Assembly (NCBI GenBank): GCA_964615365.1
Contig: CAZTOU010000002.1
Location: 87,160 to 151,159 of the forward strand
Direction: 5' to 3'
From: an uncultured Spirochaetales bacterium
GTDB lineage: Bacteria > Myxococcota_A > UBA9160 > UBA6930
DNA: 64,000 nucleotides
This document shows, piece by piece, positions 1 through 8,628 of this stretch (positions are counted from its first letter, which is position 1; every line of letters begins with the position of its first letter). The position numbers and the translations under genes were made by a program. The notes under the pieces are model-generated. The model searched no databases, was not told the origin of the DNA, and saw only the letters and a program-made list of their open reading frames with translations.

Positions 1-2
1 TC

Positions 3-335
3 TCCCGAGACCCGGCGCTCGACGCCGTGGCGCGGGCTCACAGCGAAGACATGGTGGCGCGGAGCTTCTTCGCCCATGAGTCGCCGGAGGGCCACAACTG
101 CGTCGATCGGCTGGAGCGCTTCGGGGTCCGCGGATTCTCCCTGGCCGGGGAGAACGTGGGAATGACCGACCGGGCCGACCCCAACCGGGAGATTATGGAG
201 GGATGGCTGGCATCTCGCGTCCACCGGGAGAATCTCACCGCGCGTCCCTTCAACGCCACGGGCATCGGTATCGCGCGCACCCCGGACGGCAGGCTTCTCT
301 ACACCCAGCTCTACGTCAGCTTCCCCCGCGAGTGA
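3..335 (+). CDS. CAP/SCP-like domain protein (5' truncated by window edge)
   Basis: Frame open from base 3: SRDPALDAVARAHSEDM...FFAH...GEN(V)G...W(L)AS..HRENL...GIG, the typical CAP pattern. Confidence 0.85.
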   Translation, partial: SRDPALDAVARAHSEDMVARSFFAHESPEGHNCVDRLERFGVRGFSLAGENVGMTDRADPNREIMEGWLASRVHRENLTARPFNATGIGIARTPDGRLLYTQLYVSFPRE

Positions 336-345
336 TGGGCTGGCT

Positions 346-1194
346 CTAGAGGAACCGGGCGGCGATCCGGCGGTCGTTCCAGTAGATGTCGAGCTCGGTG
401 GCGAGGTCGATCTGCGCGGGGAGGACCGCGTATCCGAGGACCAGCTCGTTTGCCTGCAGCGATCCCAGGCGTCCCTGCAGGACTCCGAGCTGCCGGGCAC
501 TGGCGGCGTCGGGCTGGAAGGTCAGGTGGCCCTGAACGAAGGTGAAGTTCGCGTAGAACTCCTCGGGCCGCTTCGAGAGCGCCGCAAACAGCAGCACCCG
601 ATTTCCACCCAGGCCCCCGCGCGACGCCCAGGCTTCCCGTAGCCGCTTCTCGAAGGCCGCGGAGTGAGCCACGAACACCTCGAAGATACCGGCTCCGTCC
701 GCTGTCTCGCGGGCGAAGCAGGCGGGCGTGTAATCCTGGGAGAGCTGGACGATCTGAAAGAGGTCGCGAAGCTCCTGATCGGCGAGACCCAGATCCAGCG
801 GACCCACCTCCGCCGAAGGCTTCACCAGAGCGCGCTTCTCCGCCTCCGGTCCGGTCCCAACCGCCGGAAGCTCCGTCGCGGCACCCTCTTCTCCGCCATC
901 CATGGCGCGAATCTGCCGCGCGGCGTCGATCAGGTTGTAGGGGTTGTTCGGATTTCGAGTTTCGTTGTACACCTGCCACGTGTAAGGCGACGGGAGGTAT
1001 TCGGGGCGCAGCGGCGGGACCTCATTGGGGTCGACCAGCTTCGCTCCCCGGCAGGGAATCGCCGCCGCGCTCTGAACGACGAAGACGCTGCCGTCTGGAC
1101 AGAGCCCCGTGAGAGCCGCAAGGGCTTCACCCGCGCCGGCAAGGGCCAGCGCGACCACCAAAGAGAAGAGGGAGACGCAGCGCAGCTTCGGCAT
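346..1194 (-). CDS. Hypothetical exported protein (282 aa)
   Basis: Hydrophobic N-terminal signal-like segment (SLFSLVVALALAGAGEALA); fills the gap between flanking genes; has its own promoter-like motif. Confidence 0.7.
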   Translation of the reverse strand: MPKLRCVSLFSLVVALALAGAGEALAALTGLCPDGSVFVVQSAAAIPCRGAKLVDPNEVPPLRPEYLPSPYTWQVYNETRNPNNPYNLIDAARQIRAMDGGEEGAATELPAVGTGPEAEKRALVKPSAEVGPLDLGLADQELRDLFQIVQLSQDYTPACFARETADGAGIFEVFVAHSAAFEKRLREAWASRGGLGGNRVLLFAALSKRPEEFYANFTFVQGHLTFQPDAASARQLGVLQGRLGSLQANELVLGYAVLPAQIDLATELDIYWNDRRIAARFL

Positions 1195-1228
1195 CTAGAG
1201 CACCCGTGAGGTTCTCAGAGTGAGTTGC

Positions 1229-1258
1229 ATCGTATAGGAAAAAGTAACCTAGAATCAA
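1229..1258 (-). promoter_or_regulatory. Putative sigma70-type promoter for the 346-1194 gene
   Basis: Minus strand TTGATT-18 nt-TACGAT in an AT-rich patch about 35 nt upstream of the ATG. Confidence 0.45.
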
Positions 1259-1294
1259 TGAGATCGAGAGAACCTCTCGACTGGCTTCTAGGTT
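1239..1294 (-). terminator. Putative intrinsic terminator after rluB
   Basis: AACCTAGAA/TTCTAGGTT outer stem (1246-1254 with 1286-1294) plus TCGAGAG/CTCTCGA inner stem, followed on the minus strand by ACTTTTT. Confidence 0.5.
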
Positions 1295-2058
1295 TCGCCG
1301 GAGAATCGATCGCGCTTCTGCCCAGTTCCGTCCGAACTTGCACGAGGTAGAGCCCGCCGCTCCCGGGCGGTGAGCGGCCGAGCCTCCCGGGGACGGAGGC
1401 GGCCCAGCCGAAGGGGTCCCATGCGGATCCGGATCAGTCGCATCACGGGATGACCTCGCGCCGCCAGCGCACGCCGGATCAATCTCTTCCGCCCCTCCCG
1501 GAGCGTCAGGTGGAAGGTCGAGGCGTCCCTCTGCGGATCGTATCGGACCCTTTCCAGACGACACGGTGCCATCGGACCGTCGTCCAGTTCGACTCCCGCG
1601 GCGAGAGATCGCGTCGTCTCCCGCGAGAGCCGACCGCGGGCGGTGACGCGGTACTCCTTCTCGCAGCCGAGCGAGGGATGGAGCATCGCCTGTGCGACCT
1701 CCCCGTCGTTGGTGAGGAGGAGGAGGCCCTCGGAGTCGAGATCCAGGCGGCCGACCGGAAACAGGCGCCCGCCCCGCGCCTCGGCGGGCAGGAGGTCGAG
1801 CACGGTGGGGCGTCCCTCGGGATCACGCACCGTCGTGACGACGCCTCGCGGCTTGTGGAGGATCCAGTAGGCGCTCGGCTGCGCGGCCACGGGCCTTCCG
1901 TCCAGCGAGACGTGATCCCTCTCTGGATCGACGGTCGTCCCCAGCGACGCCGCGACGCCATTCACGCGGACTCGCCCGGCGCGAATCAGATCCTCGGCCT
2001 TGCGCCGGGAAGCCAGCCCCGCCCGGGCCAGGAGCTTCTGGAGCCGTACCTGGCTCAG
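1288..2058 (-). CDS. rluB: rRNA pseudouridine synthase, RluB/RsuA family with S4 domain
   Basis: RLQKLLARAGLASRRKAE (S4), HKPRGVVTT, VGRLDLDSEGLLLLTNDG (catalytic Asp), EKEY, LREGRKR; located after scpAB; probable start at CTG 2058. Confidence 0.9.
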   Translation of the reverse strand: MSQVRLQKLLARAGLASRRKAEDLIRAGRVRVNGVAASLGTTVDPERDHVSLDGRPVAAQPSAYWILHKPRGVVTTVRDPEGRPTVLDLLPAEARGGRLFPVGRLDLDSEGLLLLTNDGEVAQAMLHPSLGCEKEYRVTARGRLSRETTRSLAAGVELDDGPMAPCRLERVRYDPQRDASTFHLTLREGRKRLIRRALAARGHPVMRLIRIRMGPLRLGRLRPREARPLTARERRALPRASSDGTGQKRDRFSGET

Positions 2059-2732
2059 TGGAGTTCGCCGCGCTCTCCCTCGCCCTCCGCGGTCGCTTCC
2101 ACGGGTTCCGGCGGGGGCGCCTCCGAGGAGGGATCGACGGCTTCCCCCCCGGCGGCCTTCTCTCTCGCCGTCTCCTCCGTCGGAGCGCCACCGACGAGCT
2201 CGGGAAGCACGAGCTCGTCGATCTCGCGCAGGGTCGGGAGATCTTCCAGGCGCGAGAAGCCGAAGACCTCGAGAAACCGCTTGGTCGTCGCGTAGAGGAG
2301 CGGGCGTCCCGGCACCTCCCGGTGGCCGGCGATGCGCACCAGCTTGCGCTCCACCAGACTCCGGATCACCGCGCCCACATCGACGCCGCGAACATTCTCG
2401 ATCTCCGCCCGCGTCACCGGCTGCCTGTAGGCGACCACGGCGAGGGTCTCCAGGGCAGCTCGTGAGAGCCGGAAGGAGTGCTCGCGCTGGAGCTGACGCA
2501 CGTAGCTCGCGTACTCGGAACGGGTCCGAATCTGGAACCCGCCACCGACCTCCCAGAGCTCGAAGGCTCGATCCTGGCGCTGGTATTCGAGCTCGAGCTC
2601 CTTGACCAGCTCCTTCACCCCTGATGGCGTACACCGGGGCACGATCTCGGCAATCCGGCTCGCCGAGATCGGCTCCCGAGATCCGAGAACCAGCGCCTCG
2701 ACGATCTTCTTCTGTTGATCGCGCTCCATCAT
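2055..2732 (-). CDS. scpB: SMC-Scp complex subunit ScpB
   Basis: IVEALVL, LSRAALETLAVVAYRQPVTRAEIENVRGV, GRPLLYATTKRFLEVFG; GAGGA RBS before ATG ATG at 2732/2729. Confidence 0.95.
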   Translation of the reverse strand: MMERDQQKKIVEALVLGSREPISASRIAEIVPRCTPSGVKELVKELELEYQRQDRAFELWEVGGGFQIRTRSEYASYVRQLQREHSFRLSRAALETLAVVAYRQPVTRAEIENVRGVDVGAVIRSLVERKLVRIAGHREVPGRPLLYATTKRFLEVFGFSRLEDLPTLREIDELVLPELVGGAPTEETAREKAAGGEAVDPSSEAPPPEPVEATAEGEGERGELH

Positions 2733-2737
2733 CTTCC

Positions 2738-3580
2738 TCACGTGATCGCGGAAACGTATTGTCGCCATTCCCCGCTCTGGCTCGCGTCGGCCGGGCGGAG
2801 GTGAATCGGACCCTCGGGTACCCCGTTCTCTCCCAGTCCCTGGTAGATGCTGAGGGCGTTGAGTCGCACCAGCTCGAGAATGGCGAGAAACGTCACCACG
2901 ACCACGGTTCGGCTCGGCGAGACCTCCCCGTCGGTGTGGAAGACCTGCTCGAACTCGATCACCTCCCGGGCGCGAAGCGCGTCCATCACGGCGATCATCC
3001 GCTCGCGCACCGAGATCACCTCGGTCTCCACTTCGTGCCGCAGCTCCGCGCTCTCGACGGCGTGGAGCACCTTCCGGAAGGCCTCGAGGAGCTCGATCAG
3101 ACCGACCTCGATCTCGCGCTCCACCTCGGGCGGTTTCTCGGGGGACGGACCTCGGGCTTCGAAGACGTCGCGGCCGAGGATCTGACGTTCCCGCAGCTCC
3201 TCCGCCACTTCCTTGAATCGCTGGTAGTCGAGGAGGCGCGCAATCAACTCGGCACGGGGATCGGCACCCTCGTCCTCGTCCTCACCCGGGGCCGGCGGAA
3301 GCAGCATGCGAGACTTGATCCACGTCAGGGTCGCGGCCATCAGCAGATACTCGCCGGCCACGTCCAAGTTCAGCTCCCGCATCAAGTCGAGGTACTCGAG
3401 GTACTGGGTGGCGATCAGCGAGAGGGGGATGTCGGTGATGTCCACCTCGTTCAGGCGAATCAGGTGGAGCAGCAGATCGAGGGGACCCTCGAACACGGAG
3501 AGCTTCACCGCGCAGGGCAAGCCCGATTCGGCAGCCCCGAACTCGAGGGAGTCTCCGAGCGAACCGCTGGATTGCATCAC
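2738..3580 (-). CDS. scpA: Segregation and condensation protein ScpA
   Basis: FEGPLDLLLHLIR..EVDITDI, AGEYLLMAATL..IKSRMLLP, DPRAELIARLLDYQRFKE, VVTFLAILEL. Confidence 0.95.
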   Translation of the reverse strand: MMQSSGSLGDSLEFGAAESGLPCAVKLSVFEGPLDLLLHLIRLNEVDITDIPLSLIATQYLEYLDLMRELNLDVAGEYLLMAATLTWIKSRMLLPPAPGEDEDEGADPRAELIARLLDYQRFKEVAEELRERQILGRDVFEARGPSPEKPPEVEREIEVGLIELLEAFRKVLHAVESAELRHEVETEVISVRERMIAVMDALRAREVIEFEQVFHTDGEVSPSRTVVVVTFLAILELVRLNALSIYQGLGENGVPEGPIHLRPADASQSGEWRQYVSAIT

Positions 3581-3654
3581 TGCTCCGCGGAGGCGGGAAT
3601 CTTCTCTGTCACCGGGGGGGACGCCCCGATTATCGGGGATCCGAGGCGCAGGGG

Positions 3655-4983
3655 CTAGCCCTTGCGGGTCGCAGCCCGCCTCTTTTCCGCCCGGCGTGCG
3701 ATCTCCCGGGCCAGGGCCAGCGCCTCATCCCGGTCGCGCACCGCGCGGTCCAGGAAAGCGATGCGGATACGCGCCAGGGCTCGGCCCACCGCCGGTCCGC
3801 GAATTCCGATCTCCAGCAGATCGTCTCCGCTGATGGGAAGCGCCGCGACGCGATCCTCGCGCGCGTAGCGCTCGATTCGCCGGCGCAGATTGGGCGGTGC
3901 CCAGGCGAGCAGCGCCAGCAGCTCCTCGTCATCGGCCCCGCTGAGGGCGGCGTCGGTGGTTCCCCGCCCACGAGCGCCCCCGATCTTCCGGATCCACTGG
4001 TCTCGCGCCTTCGGAAACGCGCCGATCTTCTTGGCGACCTCGCCCCGGACCGCGAGCCGATGCAGGGCCCTCCGGCGCAACGAGGCATCCAGCGGCGCCA
4101 TCCACACCATCAGCCCGGTGACCCAGGGTCGCCGGAGCTTCGTCGCCCAGGGCGGATCCGCGATGGCTCGTCCCAGCCGGCGCAGCGGCGCCACCGACGC
4201 CGGGGGGAGCTCGAGACCCGGTTCGAGAGCGGGGAGCACGTGCCAGTCGGCCAGCAGGCGAAGCGCGCGCGAGGGATCGAGTTGGTGAACGGGGTCTTCG
4301 AAGACCCGCCCGATCTCCGCGCGAAGTCGCTCTCCGCTGACGGCCCCGAAAGCGCCGTCCCGGAGCGCGGAGCGCAGCGCCGAGCGGGATCCCCGCGACA
4401 TCGTGAAGCCGAGCCGAGGGGCCAGGCGAGCGGCGCGCAGCGCGCGGGTCGGGTCGTCGTGAAAGCTCCGCCTGTGGAAGACGCGGAGCACCCGATCCGT
4501 GAGATCGCGCAGGCCCTCGCCCGGATCCACGATCGCGGGGCGGCCCCGCCGAGCCACCGGGGTCAGCGGGATCGCCAGCCCGTTCACCGTGAAGTCCCGT
4601 CGAGCGAGATCGTCCTCGAGGCGGCCGCCGCGAACCGTCGGAAGGGCTCCGGGACGCTGGTAGCTCTCGGCCCGCACCGTGGCCAGGTCGACCACGGCGC
4701 CCTCGGCCTCCAGGCGGACGGTCCCGAAGCGGGCGTGGGTGACCACGCGCACACCGTCGTGCGCGATCGCGTCGGCGAGCTCCTTCGCGCCGCACCCCCG
4801 ATCAGGCTCGACGATCAGGTCCACGTCGCGGAGCGGCCGACCGAGGAGGAGATCGCGGACCGGGCCGCCCACCAGCAGGACGCCGAGCTCGGCGCGCTCC
4901 CCCTCCTGGAGGAGAGCGCGCACCAGCGCGCCCGCTCCCTCCGGGATGGCGAGCAGGACCTGCTGGGCAGTGAGGCGCTTCAC
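3655..4983 (-). CDS. tRNA nucleotidyltransferase, class II (CCA- or A-adding)
   Basis: LVGGPVRDLLLG..LRDVDL, DLARRDFTVNGLA, SFHDDPTRALRAAR, SGERLRAE. Confidence 0.85.
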   Translation of the reverse strand: MKRLTAQQVLLAIPEGAGALVRALLQEGERAELGVLLVGGPVRDLLLGRPLRDVDLIVEPDRGCGAKELADAIAHDGVRVVTHARFGTVRLEAEGAVVDLATVRAESYQRPGALPTVRGGRLEDDLARRDFTVNGLAIPLTPVARRGRPAIVDPGEGLRDLTDRVLRVFHRRSFHDDPTRALRAARLAPRLGFTMSRGSRSALRSALRDGAFGAVSGERLRAEIGRVFEDPVHQLDPSRALRLLADWHVLPALEPGLELPPASVAPLRRLGRAIADPPWATKLRRPWVTGLMVWMAPLDASLRRRALHRLAVRGEVAKKIGAFPKARDQWIRKIGGARGRGTTDAALSGADDEELLALLAWAPPNLRRRIERYAREDRVAALPISGDDLLEIGIRGPAVGRALARIRIAFLDRAVRDRDEALALAREIARRAEKRRAATRKG

Positions 4984-5915
4984 GGCTTTCGGCCCGCCTC
5001 GCCGCCGCCGCGGGGATGGCGTGTCTCGACGACGTCGCGGAGCCGAGCCCGGCTCACGTGCGTGTAGATCTGCGTGGTCGAGAGGTCTGCGTGGCCGAGC
5101 ATGGCCTGGACCGAGCGAAGGTCGACCCCACCCTCCAACAAATCCGTCGCGAAGGCGTGGCGGAGCACGTGCGGGGAGACCTGCTCGCTTGGAACTCCCG
5201 CCAGCTCCGCGAGCCTCCGCAGCCGCGTGAAGAAGTTCTGTCGCGTCATCGAAGCCCCGCGACGCGACAGGAACATCGCGTCGGTCGCCTCGCGATCCGC
5301 GCGGAGCAGAGCCGGGCGCCCCTCTTCGAGATAGAGCTCGACGGCGGCCAGGGCCGGCTCACCGAGCGGAACCAGCCGCTCGCGCCGCCCCTTTCCGAAG
5401 ACCCGGAGCACGCCCGCCCGGGAGTCGAGAGCGCCCAGCGGAAGCGTGACCAGCTCCGTCACCCGCAGCCCCGCGCCGTAGAGCACCTCGAGCATCGCGC
5501 GATCCCGCAGCCCGATGGGGGTGTCGGGTGCCGCCGCCGCAAGCAGCGCCGCAGTCTCGTCCGGCCGCAGCACCTTGGGGAGCGGCTGGCCGAAGCGAGG
5601 GGTGGCGACTCCCTCCATCGGATCTGTCGCGAGCTCCTCGGTGGCGAGGAGAAAGCGGATCCAGCGGCGAGTCGCCACCAGAATTCGCGTCCGGCTCCTT
5701 GCCGAGAGTCCCTCCGCCTCGAGAGCGCGGGCGAACCCGGTCACGTGCGGACGGCGGAGCGATCGCGGAGTCTCGACGCCGGCTTCCGAGAGCCAGCGGC
5801 CGAACCGGGCCAGGTCGCCGGCGTAGGCCTCGATGGTCTTGGGGGCGAGCCCTCTCTCCAATGCCGCCTGGGCGAGGAAGGCGTCGATGGCGCCGTCGAT
5901 TCCAGCGCTAGCCAT
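4980..5915 (-). CDS. xerD: Site-specific tyrosine recombinase XerD
   Basis: LRDRAMLEVLYGAGLRVTEL, GKGRRERLVP, SPHVLRHAFATDLLEGG.DLRSVQAMLGHADLSTTQIYTHV; N-terminal SAM-like domain. Confidence 0.9.
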   Translation of the reverse strand: MASAGIDGAIDAFLAQAALERGLAPKTIEAYAGDLARFGRWLSEAGVETPRSLRRPHVTGFARALEAEGLSARSRTRILVATRRWIRFLLATEELATDPMEGVATPRFGQPLPKVLRPDETAALLAAAAPDTPIGLRDRAMLEVLYGAGLRVTELVTLPLGALDSRAGVLRVFGKGRRERLVPLGEPALAAVELYLEEGRPALLRADREATDAMFLSRRGASMTRQNFFTRLRRLAELAGVPSEQVSPHVLRHAFATDLLEGGVDLRSVQAMLGHADLSTTQIYTHVSRARLRDVVETRHPRGGGEAGRKP

Positions 5916-8628
5916 TCGCGTGATGCTCGGCGGCCACTTGGAGGAGATCCTCGCGCAGCGCCTCGATGAGTTGGGGATCCGTGAGCTTCTTGCCTTCCCG
6001 GTCTTTCAGGTAGAAGGTGTCCGCCACCTGGTCCACCACCGTCGTCGCCCGGGAGAGAAAGATCTCGAGCCCGTGGTCGGCGATGGTACGCGTCAGGTCG
6101 AAGAGCAGTCCGAGCCGATCGTTCGCCGTCACATCCAGGACGGTGTAGAAGTCCGAAACCTCGTTCGAGATGACGACGCTGGGAGGTCTGGGGGAGGGGG
6201 CGACGCGGCGTCCGATCGGCCGCCGGAGGAGCTGGACCATGGCACCGAGCTCGCGGCGTCCCGACAGCACGTCCCGGAGGGTGCGGTCCAGATTCTCCCA
6301 GACCGCGCGCCGCTCCTCCGCACCCCCGCTGGGCGTCGACACCCGGTAGATCTCCAGCGCCATTCCCGCCCGCATGGTGTAGACCTGGGAGGTCAGGATG
6401 TTGATCCCCACGCCCGTCAGGCAGCCCGCCACCTTTCCGTACAGACCGTGCTGGTCTCGCGCGCACAGGATGAAGAGGCTGACTCCATCCGGCGTCTCGC
6501 GGACGGAGGTGGAGATGAGCCGATCGGATCCGAAGGAGAACACCACCACGGCGTGTTGCGCGATCTGCGGCGCCGTGTGGTTGACGAAGTAGCGTCGCGG
6601 CATCGCGTCGAAGTAGCTATCGATGCGGCTCTCGGCGATGCCGCGCAGGCGAAGCTCGCGCTTCGCCTCGTCGCCGTGGAATTCGATGTGCGCCTCCATC
6701 TGCTCCGCGGCGCGCTGGGGATCGTCACGGCCCGATTCGAGGAACTCGGAGGTGCGCTCGAACAGCTCCCAGAGCGATGCGCCCTTCCATTCGGTCCACG
6801 CCGCCGGAGACGAGGCGCGCATGTCGGCGTAGGTGGCCAGGTAGAGGTTCCGCAGGTTCTCTCGATCACCGACGATCCGAGCGAAATCGACGATCACCTT
6901 CGGATCGCTGAGATCGCGCCGCTGTGCCACGTGGGCCATCCACAGGTGGTGCCTGACGATGAAGACCGCCCGTGCCAGGCGCTCTCGCGAGAGACCGAGC
7001 CGCTCGAGGCAGCCCCATGCGAGCCTCGCCCCGATCTCCGGGTGATCTCCGCCCCTTCCCTTCCCGACGTCGTGGAGCAGGCAACCGAGGTAGAGGACCA
7101 GGAGATCGCTCACCGAGCGCATCAGATCGGTGAGCTCCGGGAAGGCCCTCTCATGGGTCCCGCGCCACAGCCGCCTGAGCTCCTCGACCAGGAAGATCGA
7201 GTGCACGTCGACCGTGTAGGTGTGATAGATGACGTGCTGCCAGCGGCAGACGATGTGCTCCCACTCCGGGAGATAGCGGCCGAGGATGCCGATCTCGTTC
7301 AACGCGGTCAGCGTGCGCCCCACCCGGTGCTCGGACTCCAGGATGCGAAACAGGGTTGCGGCGGCCTCGGGATCGCTCTGGAAGTCTTCGTCCACCAGGC
7401 GGAGGTTCTCCCGGACCAGCCGTTGCGACCTCCGCGAGAGGGGGACGTCGTGGGCCTGGGCGAGCTCGAAACAGCCGAGCAGCCGCAGGGGTCGCTCTCG
7501 GAGGTGCGCGGCGTGCGGGATCTCGAGTTGGCCGACGGAGATCTGGAAGCCGTCGCCCGCCTCCCGCACCTCTTGCGGTTGCGCCTGCGGGTTGCAGCGC
7601 GCCTGGCATTGCTCGATCACGATCTGCGAGAAGCTCTGGACGGATCGCGCATGCCGATAGTAGTCGCCCATGAAGCGCTCCACCGGGAGCTCGAGCTCCC
7701 CCTCCTGCGGGGGCTCCGTCATCTCCGCGGCGACCTCCTCCTGGAGCTCGAAGCTCATCTGATCGGCCTTGCGAGCGGCGAGCAGATGAAGCTGGTTGCG
7801 AACCCTCCAGAGGAACTGGAGGCCTTCCCGGTACTGCTCCATCTCCAGCTCGCTGAGAAGGCCGACGTGCAGGAGGTCCTCGAGCGTTCGGACCAGGGGC
7901 TGGGTCGCGCGAGCCACCCAGAGCGCCGTGTGATAGTCGCGCAGGCCGCCGACTCCGTCCTTCAGGTTCGGCTGCAGCAGGTAGAGGGATCCGCCGTACT
8001 TCGCGTGACGTTCCGCCAGCGCTTCGGCCTGGGTCCGGACGAAATCTCCCGGGTTCGCCAGCAGGTCGTTTCGAACCGCCGTGCTGAACTCGTGAAAGAG
8101 CCCGACGTCTCCTCCCAGGAAACGCGCCCCGATGATGGCCGTGAGAACGCTCGGTTCACTCCGGCAGAGCGAGAGGGTCTCTTCGATGGTGCGGACCGCA
8201 CCGCTGACCTCTGCGCGCGCATCCCAGAGCCACTGCTGGATCCGCTCGGCGACGTGGGCGGCCAGCGGGCTCATCTCACCGGCGTGGAGGAAGAGCAGAT
8301 CCACGTCCGAAGCGAGGGACATCTCGCGCCGCGCATAGCCACCCACGGCGATCATGCTGACTCGCGCCCCCGCCGCGCCCCCCTCCGCGAAATGCTCGAA
8401 CTCGGAGAGCCCGTAGAGGCGACGGAGCAGGCGGTCGAGGGCGTCCGAATTGGCCTCGTTGACTCGCTGTCCCGATTCCCCGGCGCGCTGCCGGGCGGCC
8501 AGGAACTCACGAACACTTCCGAGATAGGCGCGCGCCGCGGAAGCGATCTCGGCGGCCTCGTCCTTCCAGGTTTCCCGGCGCGGGTCGAATTCGGGAAGGT
8601 ATTGATCGAGCGACGGGGGGGTACTCAT
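5908..8628 (-). CDS. glnD: [Protein-PII] uridylyltransferase/uridylyl-removing enzyme
   Basis: AVGGYARREM..ASDVDLLFL (NT), LQPNLKDGVGGLRDYH, HTYTVDVH..LLHDVGKG (HD), two C-terminal ACT domains; ATG 8628 overlaps the amidase stop (ATGA). Confidence 0.95.
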   Translation of the reverse strand: MSTPPSLDQYLPEFDPRRETWKDEAAEIASAARAYLGSVREFLAARQRAGESGQRVNEANSDALDRLLRRLYGLSEFEHFAEGGAAGARVSMIAVGGYARREMSLASDVDLLFLHAGEMSPLAAHVAERIQQWLWDARAEVSGAVRTIEETLSLCRSEPSVLTAIIGARFLGGDVGLFHEFSTAVRNDLLANPGDFVRTQAEALAERHAKYGGSLYLLQPNLKDGVGGLRDYHTALWVARATQPLVRTLEDLLHVGLLSELEMEQYREGLQFLWRVRNQLHLLAARKADQMSFELQEEVAAEMTEPPQEGELELPVERFMGDYYRHARSVQSFSQIVIEQCQARCNPQAQPQEVREAGDGFQISVGQLEIPHAAHLRERPLRLLGCFELAQAHDVPLSRRSQRLVRENLRLVDEDFQSDPEAAATLFRILESEHRVGRTLTALNEIGILGRYLPEWEHIVCRWQHVIYHTYTVDVHSIFLVEELRRLWRGTHERAFPELTDLMRSVSDLLVLYLGCLLHDVGKGRGGDHPEIGARLAWGCLERLGLSRERLARAVFIVRHHLWMAHVAQRRDLSDPKVIVDFARIVGDRENLRNLYLATYADMRASSPAAWTEWKGASLWELFERTSEFLESGRDDPQRAAEQMEAHIEFHGDEAKRELRLRGIAESRIDSYFDAMPRRYFVNHTAPQIAQHAVVVFSFGSDRLISTSVRETPDGVSLFILCARDQHGLYGKVAGCLTGVGINILTSQVYTMRAGMALEIYRVSTPSGGAEERRAVWENLDRTLRDVLSGRRELGAMVQLLRRPIGRRVAPSPRPPSVVISNEVSDFYTVLDVTANDRLGLLFDLTRTIADHGLEIFLSRATTVVDQVADTFYLKDREGKKLTDPQLIEALREDLLQVAAEHHANG

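Noticed and set aside
4980-5915. Tyrosine recombinase as a sign of a mobile element
   Set aside because: It has XerD-type motifs, is coupled to housekeeping genes, and shows no att repeats or cargo
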